Shown: one piece after another, positions 17,163 through 25,583 of the stretch
How positions within the stretch are numbered: the stretch's first letter is position 1
How the letters are laid out: each line of letters begins with the position of its first letter
Source: a virus
Taxonomy: Duplodnaviria; Caudoviricetes
DNA: 64,000 nt
Strand: one strand, 5' to 3'
Virus record (IMG/VR): IMGVR_UViG_3300044518_000037
Coordinates: 1 to 64,000 of that record
The notes under the pieces: generated by a model
What the model saw: the letters and a program-made list of their open reading frames with translations, nothing else
Told to the model about the DNA's origin: nothing
Database searches by the model: none
Position numbers and translations under genes: made by a program

Positions 17163-19154
17163 ATGCGCAATGGAACCTTGCCAAGGTCTCGGAAGGCAAG
17201 CGGACCGGTCCGTGTGGCCATATACGTCCGGGTTTCCACCCGTGAGCAGGTCAAGGGGTACGGCCTGAAGGTCCAAGAGGACGGCTGCATAGCCTGGCTC
17301 AACGCCATGCTCCGTGGGAACTTCGTGATCGTCGATGTCTACAAGGACGCCGGTGTCTCCGGAAAGAAGAGCTCCCGACCCCACTTCGACCGTCTCAACC
17401 GGGACGTGAAGGACCGGAAGATCGACATGGTCATCGCCCACAAGCTGGACCGCGTCGGGCGAACCATGCGAGACATCCAGCGCTGGGTCTGGAACCTCCT
17501 CGACGAGAAGATCCGTTTCGTCGCGGTGAGCCAGGGCCTCGACTCCGACACCGAGACCGGTCAGCTTCAGATCAGCCTCTTCGCCTGGCTGGCCGAGATC
17601 GAGCACGGGCTCATCCTCAGCCGGACTATGGACGGCCGGGAGAACAAACTGGCGGCCGGCGGCTGGCCAAGCGGGCTCGTCCCCTACGGGTACGCGATCG
17701 AGGGTAAGGGCAAAGAAGCTGTCGTCGTCCTGTGCGAGGACGAAGTCAGCGTAATCGAGTACGCCGTCCACGTTGCCGTCGACGAGAAGCACAACTGGGA
17801 AGACGTGGCCCGTCTACTCAACGAAAAGAAGATGCGCAGGCGCTTCGGCAAACCCTGGACCGGCAACATGGTCCGCCAGATTCTCGGCCACACGGCCATC
17901 CTGGAAGGCAAGGCGTACTTCCGAAAGACCGGCCCTGGAACCAGGACAAAGCTCGACGAGGACGGCCTCCCACTCTACGGGGACACCGTAGCCATCGAGC
18001 TCCCCCGAATCCTCAGCGAGGAGCGGGCAGCAGCGCTGGCGAAGATCATCAAAGACAGGGCCAGGTTCCACAGCCCCGACGCCAAATACCCGCTCAGCCG
18101 CCGGATCAACGGATCCTGCGGCGAGGTCTACGTCGGAAGCGGTGTCGAGGACCACCGAATGTACCGATGCAACGGAAACCACCGGGAAACACCGTGCGGC
18201 GACGCCTACCTGGACGCTGACGCCCTCGAAGCCGCAGTCTGGGACGAACTTGCCGACTTCCTAACCGACCCCTCCCGCCTCCAAGCTCTCGCGGAGCAAT
18301 ACATCGAGTCCCTCCCTGGCGCTCAAAGCGACCACGAGGAGCGACTGGCTTCGCTGAAGGACCAGGTGGACGAGAAAGAGTCCGCACTCGCCACCGCGAT
18401 CATTACGTGCGCCACCCTGAAGCTGGATGAGGAAGCAGCCAAGAAGGCGACAAGCCAGCTTGACACGGACCTGGCCGTACTCCGCGCGACTCTCGCCGAG
18501 GCAGAGGAGTGGCAGGAAGAGCACGCAGCCGCCCAAGCCCAGGCACGCGACTTGATCACGCTGATCGAGAAGGCCCGTGGCAAGCTGGCCTCACTTAGCC
18601 TGGGCACTCAGGGGGAGATCTTCGAGATGCTCGACATCCAAGTCCACCCCGAATCACACGGCTTCCAGAAGCGCTCCGGAATCAGGTGCTCAGTACGGGC
18701 CTGGCACGTGGAGAAGGAGGTCCTCGTGCCAGCTGCGCCCAATGATGAGGACTGGGCGGCGGTCATGGAGATTCTGAGCCGCCGTTTCCCGGAAATCGCG
18801 CGCTCCAGGTCGGACCCTCGCAAGCTCTTCTGCGGCATGCTGCACCGCCTGCGCACGGGTGAGACATGGGAGGCGATGGACAAGCACTGGGGGTCCACGG
18901 CAAATCTCAAGAGGTATCAGAGCCTCTGGTTCAAGTCTGGGGCCTGGAAGGAGATGCTCCTCGTGCTGCCCAAGGACGGGGCGAAGCCTGTCTTCCAGCC
19001 CCGAGTGATCCCCAAGCTGCGGGTTACCGGTGTGGTCAGGAGGTCGGTCTATGACCCCAGCGCTGCCGTAGCCGAACCTTCGGATGGTCCTACCGATTCC
19101 TCGGCAACCGTGAGGTCAGGAGAAGGTTTGGCTTTCGTTCTCGCAGCTGCCTGA
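17163..19154 (+). CDS. Large serine recombinase (integrase) with C-terminal DUF4096/IS5-N-like domain
   Basis: YVRVST catalytic Ser; KLDRVGR; PYGY recombinase domain; zinc ribbon and coiled coil; tail DEDW..PRKLFCGMLHRLRTG..W..W.KSG.W. Confidence 0.92.
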   Translation: MRNGTLPRSRKASGPVRVAIYVRVSTREQVKGYGLKVQEDGCIAWLNAMLRGNFVIVDVYKDAGVSGKKSSRPHFDRLNRDVKDRKIDMVIAHKLDRVGRTMRDIQRWVWNLLDEKIRFVAVSQGLDSDTETGQLQISLFAWLAEIEHGLILSRTMDGRENKLAAGGWPSGLVPYGYAIEGKGKEAVVVLCEDEVSVIEYAVHVAVDEKHNWEDVARLLNEKKMRRRFGKPWTGNMVRQILGHTAILEGKAYFRKTGPGTRTKLDEDGLPLYGDTVAIELPRILSEERAAALAKIIKDRARFHSPDAKYPLSRRINGSCGEVYVGSGVEDHRMYRCNGNHRETPCGDAYLDADALEAAVWDELADFLTDPSRLQALAEQYIESLPGAQSDHEERLASLKDQVDEKESALATAIITCATLKLDEEAAKKATSQLDTDLAVLRATLAEAEEWQEEHAAAQAQARDLITLIEKARGKLASLSLGTQGEIFEMLDIQVHPESHGFQKRSGIRCSVRAWHVEKEVLVPAAPNDEDWAAVMEILSRRFPEIARSRSDPRKLFCGMLHRLRTGETWEAMDKHWGSTANLKRYQSLWFKSGAWKEMLLVLPKDGAKPVFQPRVIPKLRVTGVVRRSVYDPSAAVAEPSDGPTDSSATVRSGEGLAFVLAAA

Positions 19155-19172
19155 CCAGCGCAGATGCCACCC

Positions 19173-19210
19173 CCGAACCCCCTGAGCCGAGACTGGGCCA
19201 GGGGGTTCGG
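19173..19210 (+). terminator. Hairpin after integrase
   Basis: CCGAACCCCCTG...CAGGGGGTTCGG. Confidence 0.55.
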
Positions 19211-19278
19211 CGTTCCCCACCCACCTGTCAGCCCGTAGCCATAAGCTGCTGGCGAAGACCCAGAGAGGACAACCGATA

Positions 19279-19827
19279 GTGGAACTGAAGCGAGCAGCGG
19301 TGTACGTACGGCAGCGCGGCGAGCAAGGCGAGCACGGGCTTGACGCCCAGCGAGCGGCCTGTGAGCGGTGGGCCGCCGAACGACGGATGCAGATCGTCGC
19401 GGAGTACGAGGGCGAAACAGCTAACAGGGTGAGCGCTGAGCTCCTCGCAGACCTCGGGGCCGGTAAGTTCGACGTCCTCATCGCGGATCTCGGGCCGGAG
19501 ACGTTCACGCGCGATGCCAGTAGGTATCAGGCGTTGCTCGCGGCGGCAGCCGAGGCGGGCGTCGAGGTGTGCACTCTCCCCGCTCCGAACCTGCTGATCA
19601 AGATTGCCCAGCGCATCATTGAAGGGCGTGACCGCAACGCCGGACAGGAGCAATCCGGGGACGCGGACCGTGAAGATGTGTACCTCTCGGCGCTCTGGGA
19701 TGTACTTGCCGTAGCCTTCGGGTCCAAGACGCCGCTGGGTCACCTCGAAGAGGAAGCGCTGGAAAAGCCTCTTGAAGCCCTGGTCGAGCAGTTCATCGAG
19801 TCCGCGCGGAACACCCAGAACATGTGA
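19279..19827 (+). CDS. Resolvase-like serine-recombinase catalytic-domain protein lacking the catalytic Ser
   Basis: AAVYVRQ..GLDAQRAACERWA..IVAEY..LLADL..GKFDVLI; the expected YxRVS and DRLxR motifs are degenerate. Confidence 0.7.
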   Translation: MELKRAAVYVRQRGEQGEHGLDAQRAACERWAAERRMQIVAEYEGETANRVSAELLADLGAGKFDVLIADLGPETFTRDASRYQALLAAAAEAGVEVCTLPAPNLLIKIAQRIIEGRDRNAGQEQSGDADREDVYLSALWDVLAVAFGSKTPLGHLEEEALEKPLEALVEQFIESARNTQNM

Positions 19828-20021
19828 TGGCCCTGCGGCGACTGCCCGAGCTGACATCGACTCCGGTGAGTGACATCGGTTCGGTCTCCCGCCGGTGAGC
19901 GTGTTTAAGATGCCCCACTTTGTCACTCACGCTCAGTGACAATCTCAACCGTCAGGCCTCCGACGCCCTGCGCCGCTACGGTGTGGGGCGTTGGCCGCTC
20001 CAACCAGTGAGGAAATGCTGT

Positions 20022-20300
20022 ATGACCAACGTCATCGCGAAGTTGAAGCAGGACCCGGACTCCGGGGCGCTGACCATCACCGAGGACATCAAGGTCTCCG
20101 CGAGCATCACCGACGGAGTGAACCGCATCGGGGTGTGGAAGGGCGACCTCTTCGCCGTCTGGGAGGTCGAGGGCCGACTGAACCCGGCGCAGGCCGAGAC
20201 CGAGGCGCACAGCCGGCAGCCCGACGCCATCTACGTGTTCGCGGAGGGCAACGTTCTCTACGAGCTGGATGACGAGTACCTGGCGACCGTGAAGAGCTGA
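20022..20300 (+). CDS. Hypothetical protein
   Basis: RBS GAGGA, ATG at 20022. Confidence 0.7.
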   Translation: MTNVIAKLKQDPDSGALTITEDIKVSASITDGVNRIGVWKGDLFAVWEVEGRLNPAQAETEAHSRQPDAIYVFAEGNVLYELDDEYLATVKS

Positions 20301-20326
20301 ACAGAGAAAGTGGTGCGAAGAAGTCC

Positions 20327-20512
20327 ATGAACAAACAGGAGCTCACACCGCCCGCATCCGGTTGGAGCAGCAACACCCATCGTTACTACGCCAGCATCGC
20401 GGCCAAGCGCATCGCCTGGTGGAACCGCAACCAGGCGCAGCCTGAATCGGTTCCCGCTACCGGCGGCATCTCCCAGGGCGGACCAGCGGGCCAAGTAACG
20501 CCTCCTTGCTGA
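20327..20512 (+). CDS. Small hypothetical protein
   Basis: 61-aa ORF between a gene and a terminator. Confidence 0.5.
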   Translation: MNKQELTPPASGWSSNTHRYYASIAAKRIAWWNRNQAQPESVPATGGISQGGPAGQVTPPC

Positions 20513-20528
20513 GATCCGCAATGCCGCT

Positions 20529-20561
20529 AGTCCCCGCTTCCTCCCGAGGCGGGGGCTTTCG
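20529..20561 (+). terminator. CCCCGC/GCGGGG family hairpin
   Basis: AGTCCCCGC-N11-GCGGGGGCT-TTCG. Confidence 0.65.
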
Positions 20562-20630
20562 CCTATCTCCACCACGACGGCCGGTCCCGGTCGCTAGGCT
20601 TGGGGCCGGTCATACCAGCTAGGAGCTCTT

Positions 20631-21095
20631 GTGCCTACTCCCACCGAAACCCTTTGCTGTGCCCTCTGCCAGCAGTCGGCGACCCACACCGTTACCTGGA
20701 CCGATCGCGGCTCCCTTACCCCCGCGCAGCGCTCCCTCCCTTACTGTGCTGGCCACGGCCAGCACGCCGCGAGAACACGCGGCGGCAGTCTCACCGCTGG
20801 CGTAGACCACTCTCGTACCCCCGTCTACGTCATGGTCCATCGCTACGAGCCGACCCCTAGTCCTCTCGGTCACCAGCACACACTGATCACTGAACGGCGC
20901 ATCGACGTCAAGACCGACACGATCCCCGTCGCCGCTTACCGACCGGGCCGCGCCGTCGACCCGGACGTTACCGCCTGGATCACCAAGTGCGCCGACGCCG
21001 CGCTCGCGCAGCGGGGCCGCACCCGGGACCTGCGTGACCGCTACACCGCTATCGTCAGCGTCAACAACCGCCCTCTCGCATGGGCTGACGTGTGA
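20631..21095 (+). CDS. Hypothetical protein with N-terminal Cys/His finger
   Basis: RBS AGGAG; CALC..YCAGH. Confidence 0.7.
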   Translation: MPTPTETLCCALCQQSATHTVTWTDRGSLTPAQRSLPYCAGHGQHAARTRGGSLTAGVDHSRTPVYVMVHRYEPTPSPLGHQHTLITERRIDVKTDTIPVAAYRPGRAVDPDVTAWITKCADAALAQRGRTRDLRDRYTAIVSVNNRPLAWADV

Positions 21096-21112
21096 CGTAG
21101 TCGGACCCTGCT

Positions 21113-21152
21113 CCGGGCCCCCGCCTCACGAGGAAGCGGGGGCCCGGCGTTT
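21113..21152 (+). terminator. CCCCGC/GCGGGG family hairpin
   Basis: CCGGGCCCCCGC-N11-GCGGGGGCCCGG. Confidence 0.65.
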
Positions 21153-21330
21153 CTCGGCGGGTATCCTGCCTAGCGGGCGGCGCCGTGGTGCGCTCGTTGG
21201 GACCCGGTCGCCGCCGGGACTTGTTCCCCGGTCTGCCGGGGTTGGCCCCGAATTCTCGGGGATGAGGTCCGCGATGCGGGCCACTGATCCGCGCACAGCG
21301 CGGCTACCTCATACCCTGAGTAAGGAGCAC

Positions 21331-21696
21331 ATGATGGAGATCAGCACCCCCCGGAAAGTCTCGGACCTGCTCGGCTTTCCGCAGCACCAGTACTACCCGG
21401 TACTGGAGATGGACCACCAGGACCGGATTGCGTCCATGGAGTGCGCGCTGCGAGGGGTCACCGTTGACGATGGCCCCATCGTCCGCTGGCCCGTGACAGG
21501 AGTGCGCAACCTAGAGCAGGCTGAGCAGCTTGCGGAGCTGCTGGAGCAGTCGGGCCAGCTTGATGTCTACGCGGCCGGCATGTACCGCGACTACGCCGGT
21601 GACGGCAACCTGCACTGGATGCCGGACGCGGACGCGATTGCTGCGGAGATGGAGATCCAGCGCATCATCGTGGAGTTCACGGACCGGCTCATCTGA
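21331..21696 (+). CDS. Hypothetical protein
   Basis: RBS TAAGGAG, ATG at 21331. Confidence 0.75.
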   Translation: MMEISTPRKVSDLLGFPQHQYYPVLEMDHQDRIASMECALRGVTVDDGPIVRWPVTGVRNLEQAEQLAELLEQSGQLDVYAAGMYRDYAGDGNLHWMPDADAIAAEMEIQRIIVEFTDRLI

Positions 21697-21705
21697 GCTG
21701 CCTCC

Positions 21706-21740
21706 AGGTCCCCGTTTCACCCGAAGCGGGGACCTTTGTC
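21706..21740 (+). terminator. CCCCGC/GCGGGG family hairpin
   Basis: AGGTCCCCGT-TTCACCCGAA-GCGGGGACCT-TTG. Confidence 0.65.
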
Positions 21741-21803
21741 GTACCCCTCTGCTAGACCAGCCAAGGCAATGTCAATCATCATGAAACGAAAGGAAGTTCG
21801 AGC

Positions 21804-22979
21804 ATGGGTAGGACCTACAGGCCGTCGCACCGCATGACCGTCGCGCTCCTCAGGCTGGAGGAGCAGGAGGTCTCCCGGGAGGTGGCGGAGGATGGTTCGG
21901 TCCATATCCGCACGTCCCGCCTCGCGGGGGTCAACCTCGGCGAGGCGGTGGACCAGAGCGAGGACGGCAGGATCAACATTCACGCTGCCACCCTGGCCGA
22001 TGGGCGGGCCGTGTTCGTGGCCCTCCTGGCCCACACGGAGTCCCCGTGGATGCAGAGCGGCTCCCGGGTTGGGGGAGGGCGGCCGAGTGAGTACAAGTAC
22101 GTGGCCACCCGGGAGTTCTTCCACGGCGGCGGCAGCGGCGAAGCGTACGCTAGCGTGCAGGATCTGAAGTCCGCCCTGGGTGATCAAGCCGTTCTGAACG
22201 ACTGCTATGAGCGCGCGCGACAGCTGACGGCCGCTGCGCTTAGTGCGGCGAAGGCAGTTCAGGACGCGGCGGGCGAGCCCGCTAGCCGCGATGGCCTGTC
22301 GCGGGCTGGTTACGAGGCCGCCTGCCAGGCCATCAGCCTCGACCCGTGCCCGGAGGAGGAGGTCGACTTTTTCGGCGGGAAGGGGAGCGGGGGTGTGTAC
22401 AACCACGGCTCCTACTCGGTCGAGCACATCGTGTGGATGGGACTGGTCTACAAGCGCAAGAGCGGCCAGGACTGGGAGCGTACGCAGCGTGAGACGGCAG
22501 CGATGGCGGCCGTGAAGGAGGCGGTCGGGGAGTCCGGGCCGTTGAGCCGCGCGGACTACGAAGCCGCTTGCACAGCGGCCGGCATGGCGCCTCTGTCCGA
22601 TGAGCAAGTCTGCTTCGTGGTGGACGCCTCGTTCGCGCAATATCAGCCGGTGGTCGACATTCTCGCCGTCGTCCAGGGGGAGGGGCTGCTTGGGGACGCG
22701 CTCCCTAAGGTGGCGCAGCACCTTTCGGACCGACGGTACGACGGGCTGGGTGTCGAGCTCGCTGAGAAGCGAAAGGCCGATCGGGCTGAGCGGGCGGCGG
22801 CAGGTACCGAGTTCGCTACCGAAAGGCAGGTCGACTACATCATGGAGCTCCTCGCGCAGCGAGAGCGCACCGGCGAGGGAGGAGGCTTCTTTCAGGGCCC
22901 CACCGACCGCGCGGGGGTCGCTAATCTCTCTAAGGCCGATGCGTCGCTGTACATCACCTCGTTGAAGGATGAGTACTGA
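21804..22979 (+). CDS. Hypothetical protein with internal LSRAxYEAAC repeats
   Basis: RBS AAGGA; LSRAGYEAACQA / LSRADYEAACTAA; C-terminal ATERQVDYI..LSKADAS..I. Confidence 0.8.
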   Translation: MGRTYRPSHRMTVALLRLEEQEVSREVAEDGSVHIRTSRLAGVNLGEAVDQSEDGRINIHAATLADGRAVFVALLAHTESPWMQSGSRVGGGRPSEYKYVATREFFHGGGSGEAYASVQDLKSALGDQAVLNDCYERARQLTAAALSAAKAVQDAAGEPASRDGLSRAGYEAACQAISLDPCPEEEVDFFGGKGSGGVYNHGSYSVEHIVWMGLVYKRKSGQDWERTQRETAAMAAVKEAVGESGPLSRADYEAACTAAGMAPLSDEQVCFVVDASFAQYQPVVDILAVVQGEGLLGDALPKVAQHLSDRRYDGLGVELAEKRKADRAERAAAGTEFATERQVDYIMELLAQRERTGEGGGFFQGPTDRAGVANLSKADASLYITSLKDEY

Positions 22980-23277
22980 CGGCCCGCGCTCGTTAGGCCC
23001 TCCCTCGGAGTGAAGCGGGGGTCCGCCATGCGGGGGACTGCGGATCCGCGATCTATCCCACCTCTGCTCTTCGCCCCAGCCGGGGTGCTGACCGGGAAGC
23101 GGTACCATGGCGGCCAGGTGCGGGCCATGGGCCTAGCTGCCGCACCGACACGAGGTTCCGTGAGAACGGTTCTCCGTCTGGACCTCCGTCATCAGCCCTG
23201 GAGGGGTCGCCAGCAACCTGCTGGCTCGTGTTCCGGCCGCGCTGCGCGGCGAGCTGCAAACCCCTCTGGAGGATTCC

Positions 23278-23493
23278 TTGTCCACTCGTCAGGTATACGA
23301 CCGCCTGTTCCGCCCCGATGGCACGGAGTACACCCACAGGCTCGGGTCCGTCACGTACAGTCCGGAGACGCACAGCTGGTTCTGGACCGACACCACCGGA
23401 AACGGGACGACACGCATGTTCGACTCGGAGGGCGACGCGGAGGACGACCTGCGGTACGCCATGTCCCTCCCCGAAGGCGAGCGGAAGTACTGA
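23278..23493 (+). CDS. Small hypothetical protein
   Basis: RBS GGAGG with TTG. Confidence 0.65.
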   Translation: MSTRQVYDRLFRPDGTEYTHRLGSVTYSPETHSWFWTDTTGNGTTRMFDSEGDAEDDLRYAMSLPEGERKY

Positions 23494-23501
23494 GTCGATC
23501 C

Positions 23502-23536
23502 GGCCCCCGCTTCATCTCGGAGCGGGGGCTTCGTCA
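23502..23536 (+). terminator. CCCCGC/GCGGGG family hairpin
   Basis: GGCCCCCGC-N11-GCGGGGGCT-TCGTCA. Confidence 0.65.
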
Positions 23537-23551
23537 TGTCTGGAGAGAATC

Positions 23552-23989
23552 ATGTGGAACCGCCGCGATTTGGACTACCGCCTCCGGCACGGCACGAGCC
23601 CGCCGGCGCCACCTCCACCGCCGAAGCACAAGCTCCGGGAGCACGGGGACTTCCTGCGATGCACAGCGTGCTGGGCGACGTGGCGGGACAAGGACGCCGC
23701 CAAAACTCGCAAGCAGCCGTGCTTCGAGCTTCCGGTGCCGCACGGGCACCCCTACGAGCGTCGGCACTACACGAAGTTGCGCTGGTTCCGGGGCGCGAAC
23801 TTCGGCGACGCCCTGTGCGACGAGCCCTTGTGCCGCGAGTGCGTCGGGCACGAGTGCGCCTGCGACGTGTGCACGGGAGACATTGACGTCAAGGAGATCC
23901 CCGGGATCAACGCCGTGATCGAGGACCCGGTTTCGCACGCTCGCTACGCCCTCAACGCCGAGCAGATCGAGCGCGGCCTGGCCCGGTAG
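23552..23989 (+). CDS. Cys-rich hypothetical protein
   Basis: RBS GGAG; CTAC, CREC, CACDVC. Confidence 0.7.
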   Translation: MWNRRDLDYRLRHGTSPPAPPPPPKHKLREHGDFLRCTACWATWRDKDAAKTRKQPCFELPVPHGHPYERRHYTKLRWFRGANFGDALCDEPLCRECVGHECACDVCTGDIDVKEIPGINAVIEDPVSHARYALNAEQIERGLAR

Positions 23990-24058
23990 TCCGACATGCT
24001 CTGGACTGTCGGACTCAAGCCCTAGGCTCAGCCCCAACTATCCCTGAGAGGATTCACC

Positions 24059-24874
24059 ATGCCCGACGAGCCGTACACCGGCTTCGAACCCCTCCCCTAC
24101 GAGACCACGCATTCGTTGAGTCCCGCCGAGGGTGAGGCGCTGGTACGCATCGCCCAACGCTTCATGGAGGAGCACGCGCCGCTCATGGCTGCGGCGGCCG
24201 GCCTGACCCCTAACCCTCACCGCCGGGTGGACCTGGAGACGGTCGAGGAAGGCATGGGTAACATGCCGCACCGCATCGGCATCAGCAAGCGGCCCTTCGT
24301 GTCCTCGTTCGTCGTATGTCCGACCGCTCTCGGTGCCGAGCAAGTGGACCTGTTCTTGCAGGCGGTCGGCCCGCGTGAGGGGGCCCAGTTGGTGATCGCC
24401 GCCCGGTCCTTCGCCCCCGACTTCCGCGCGGCGATCGAGGAAAAGTGGGCGCAGCCCGTCTACCTCCTGACCATGGCTGGCACGGAGCGAAAGCCGCAGT
24501 ACAACGTGCTGGAAGAGGGGCCGTCCGAAGAGTTTTCGAAGGCTGAACTGGGGCCCGCGATGAAGAAGTTCATGGTCGAGATGGACGCGCACGACTTCAT
24601 GCTCCTGCGAACCAATGAGGCCGAGTGGGCTGGCCAGTCGTGGCCCGACGACCGCTTCACGGTTGACGACGGTGCCCGGAAGACGAAGATCGCGCCGCAC
24701 TGGAAGAAGGTCTACTTCTTCGAGCACCGCGCGGACGTCATCCTTGCCCGTGCGTTCCTCCGTGCTATCGGCGAGGGGTTCGAGGCCGGCTACGACTGGT
24801 ACGAGGATGACGGGCACGGCGGCATCGTCCCGGACCTGTACTGCATCTTCACCAACTACGAGTACGACAAGTAG
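24059..24874 (+). CDS. Hypothetical protein
   Basis: RBS GAGAGG; strong codon bias. Confidence 0.8.
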   Translation: MPDEPYTGFEPLPYETTHSLSPAEGEALVRIAQRFMEEHAPLMAAAAGLTPNPHRRVDLETVEEGMGNMPHRIGISKRPFVSSFVVCPTALGAEQVDLFLQAVGPREGAQLVIAARSFAPDFRAAIEEKWAQPVYLLTMAGTERKPQYNVLEEGPSEEFSKAELGPAMKKFMVEMDAHDFMLLRTNEAEWAGQSWPDDRFTVDDGARKTKIAPHWKKVYFFEHRADVILARAFLRAIGEGFEAGYDWYEDDGHGGIVPDLYCIFTNYEYDK

Positions 24875-24882
24875 GAGCAGCC

Positions 24883-25386
24883 ATGCCTACCACGCCGCTG
24901 CCATTCCACGAGCTCCCGATCACCGGCATCGAGCCGCAGCCGTGGGTGTCCCAGCGAACTGTCGAGGAGCTCTCCGCGAAGCTCACGCCCCTGCTTCGGC
25001 ATGAGGAGGTCGCGGAGTTCGGCTGGACGCAGGTGGCGCTTCCGCTTGAGAGCGGCCACGGGATCTGGGATGTCCGCGACGTCTGGCTGCGGACCGTCCA
25101 CGACACCGGCCGTGAGCGCCACGAGCTGGCACTCTTCGCGACGGATCACCCGACGCTCGGCCGCCTCTTCCTCGATCCGGCGACGCCGCTCCGCACCCTG
25201 GCAGTTCAGCTTGATCGGACTGTTCGGGACAGCGCCTACATGTCGGCGCTCCTGGAGCTGTTCGGGACCGGTGCCTCGGTGGTCGTCAGCCGCGCCGGCA
25301 TCGTGCTGGAGGAGGCTGATGACTTCCAGAAAGCCGCCGCTGTTGAACAACTCAACGCGCTGTTCAAGGGGCGCAAGCCCCAGTAG
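24883..25386 (+). CDS. Hypothetical protein
   Basis: RBS AGGAG. Confidence 0.8.
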   Translation: MPTTPLPFHELPITGIEPQPWVSQRTVEELSAKLTPLLRHEEVAEFGWTQVALPLESGHGIWDVRDVWLRTVHDTGRERHELALFATDHPTLGRLFLDPATPLRTLAVQLDRTVRDSAYMSALLELFGTGASVVVSRAGIVLEEADDFQKAAAVEQLNALFKGRKPQ

Positions 25387-25397
25387 ACCCACAACCC

Positions 25398-25427
25398 GAG
25401 CCCCCGCTTCGGCGGGGGCTTTCGTCA
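25398..25427 (+). terminator. CCCCGC/GCGGGG family hairpin (UUCG loop)
   Basis: AGCCCCCGC-TTCG-GCGGGGGCT-TTCGTCA. Confidence 0.7.
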
Positions 25428-25484
25428 TTTCAGGGCTCGGCCTACGCCGGGCCCTTCGTCATGCTCGCATTCAAGGAGGTCGCC

Positions 25485-25583
25485 ATGTCGCTCAAAGTCG
25501 AGGTCGCCGTCACCATCGCCTTGTTAGCCGCCAACGCGGTCGGCCTCGCCCTGCTCGGGGCGGTTGTCCACCTGGCGAGGTAG
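25485..25583 (+). CDS. 32-aa single-transmembrane peptide (absent from the ORF track)
   Basis: Perfect RBS AAGGAGGT; MSLKVEVAVTIALLAANAVGLALLGAVVHLAR*. Confidence 0.65.
   Translation: MSLKVEVAVTIALLAANAVGLALLGAVVHLAR

Noticed and set aside
21717-23108. Long antisense ORFs (e.g. 21717-23108, 45481-47202, 16632-17792)
   Set aside because: Shadow frames of real genes on the opposite strand, typical of high-GC DNA; no RBS and no recognisable domains.
23150-23210. Minus-strand CTGATGA hammerhead core
   Set aside because: No G10.1-C11.1 pair and no GAAA downstream.
23990-24040. Pistol-like AAGCCCTAG word
   Set aside because: The upstream hairpin loop is not complementary, so no pseudoknot forms.
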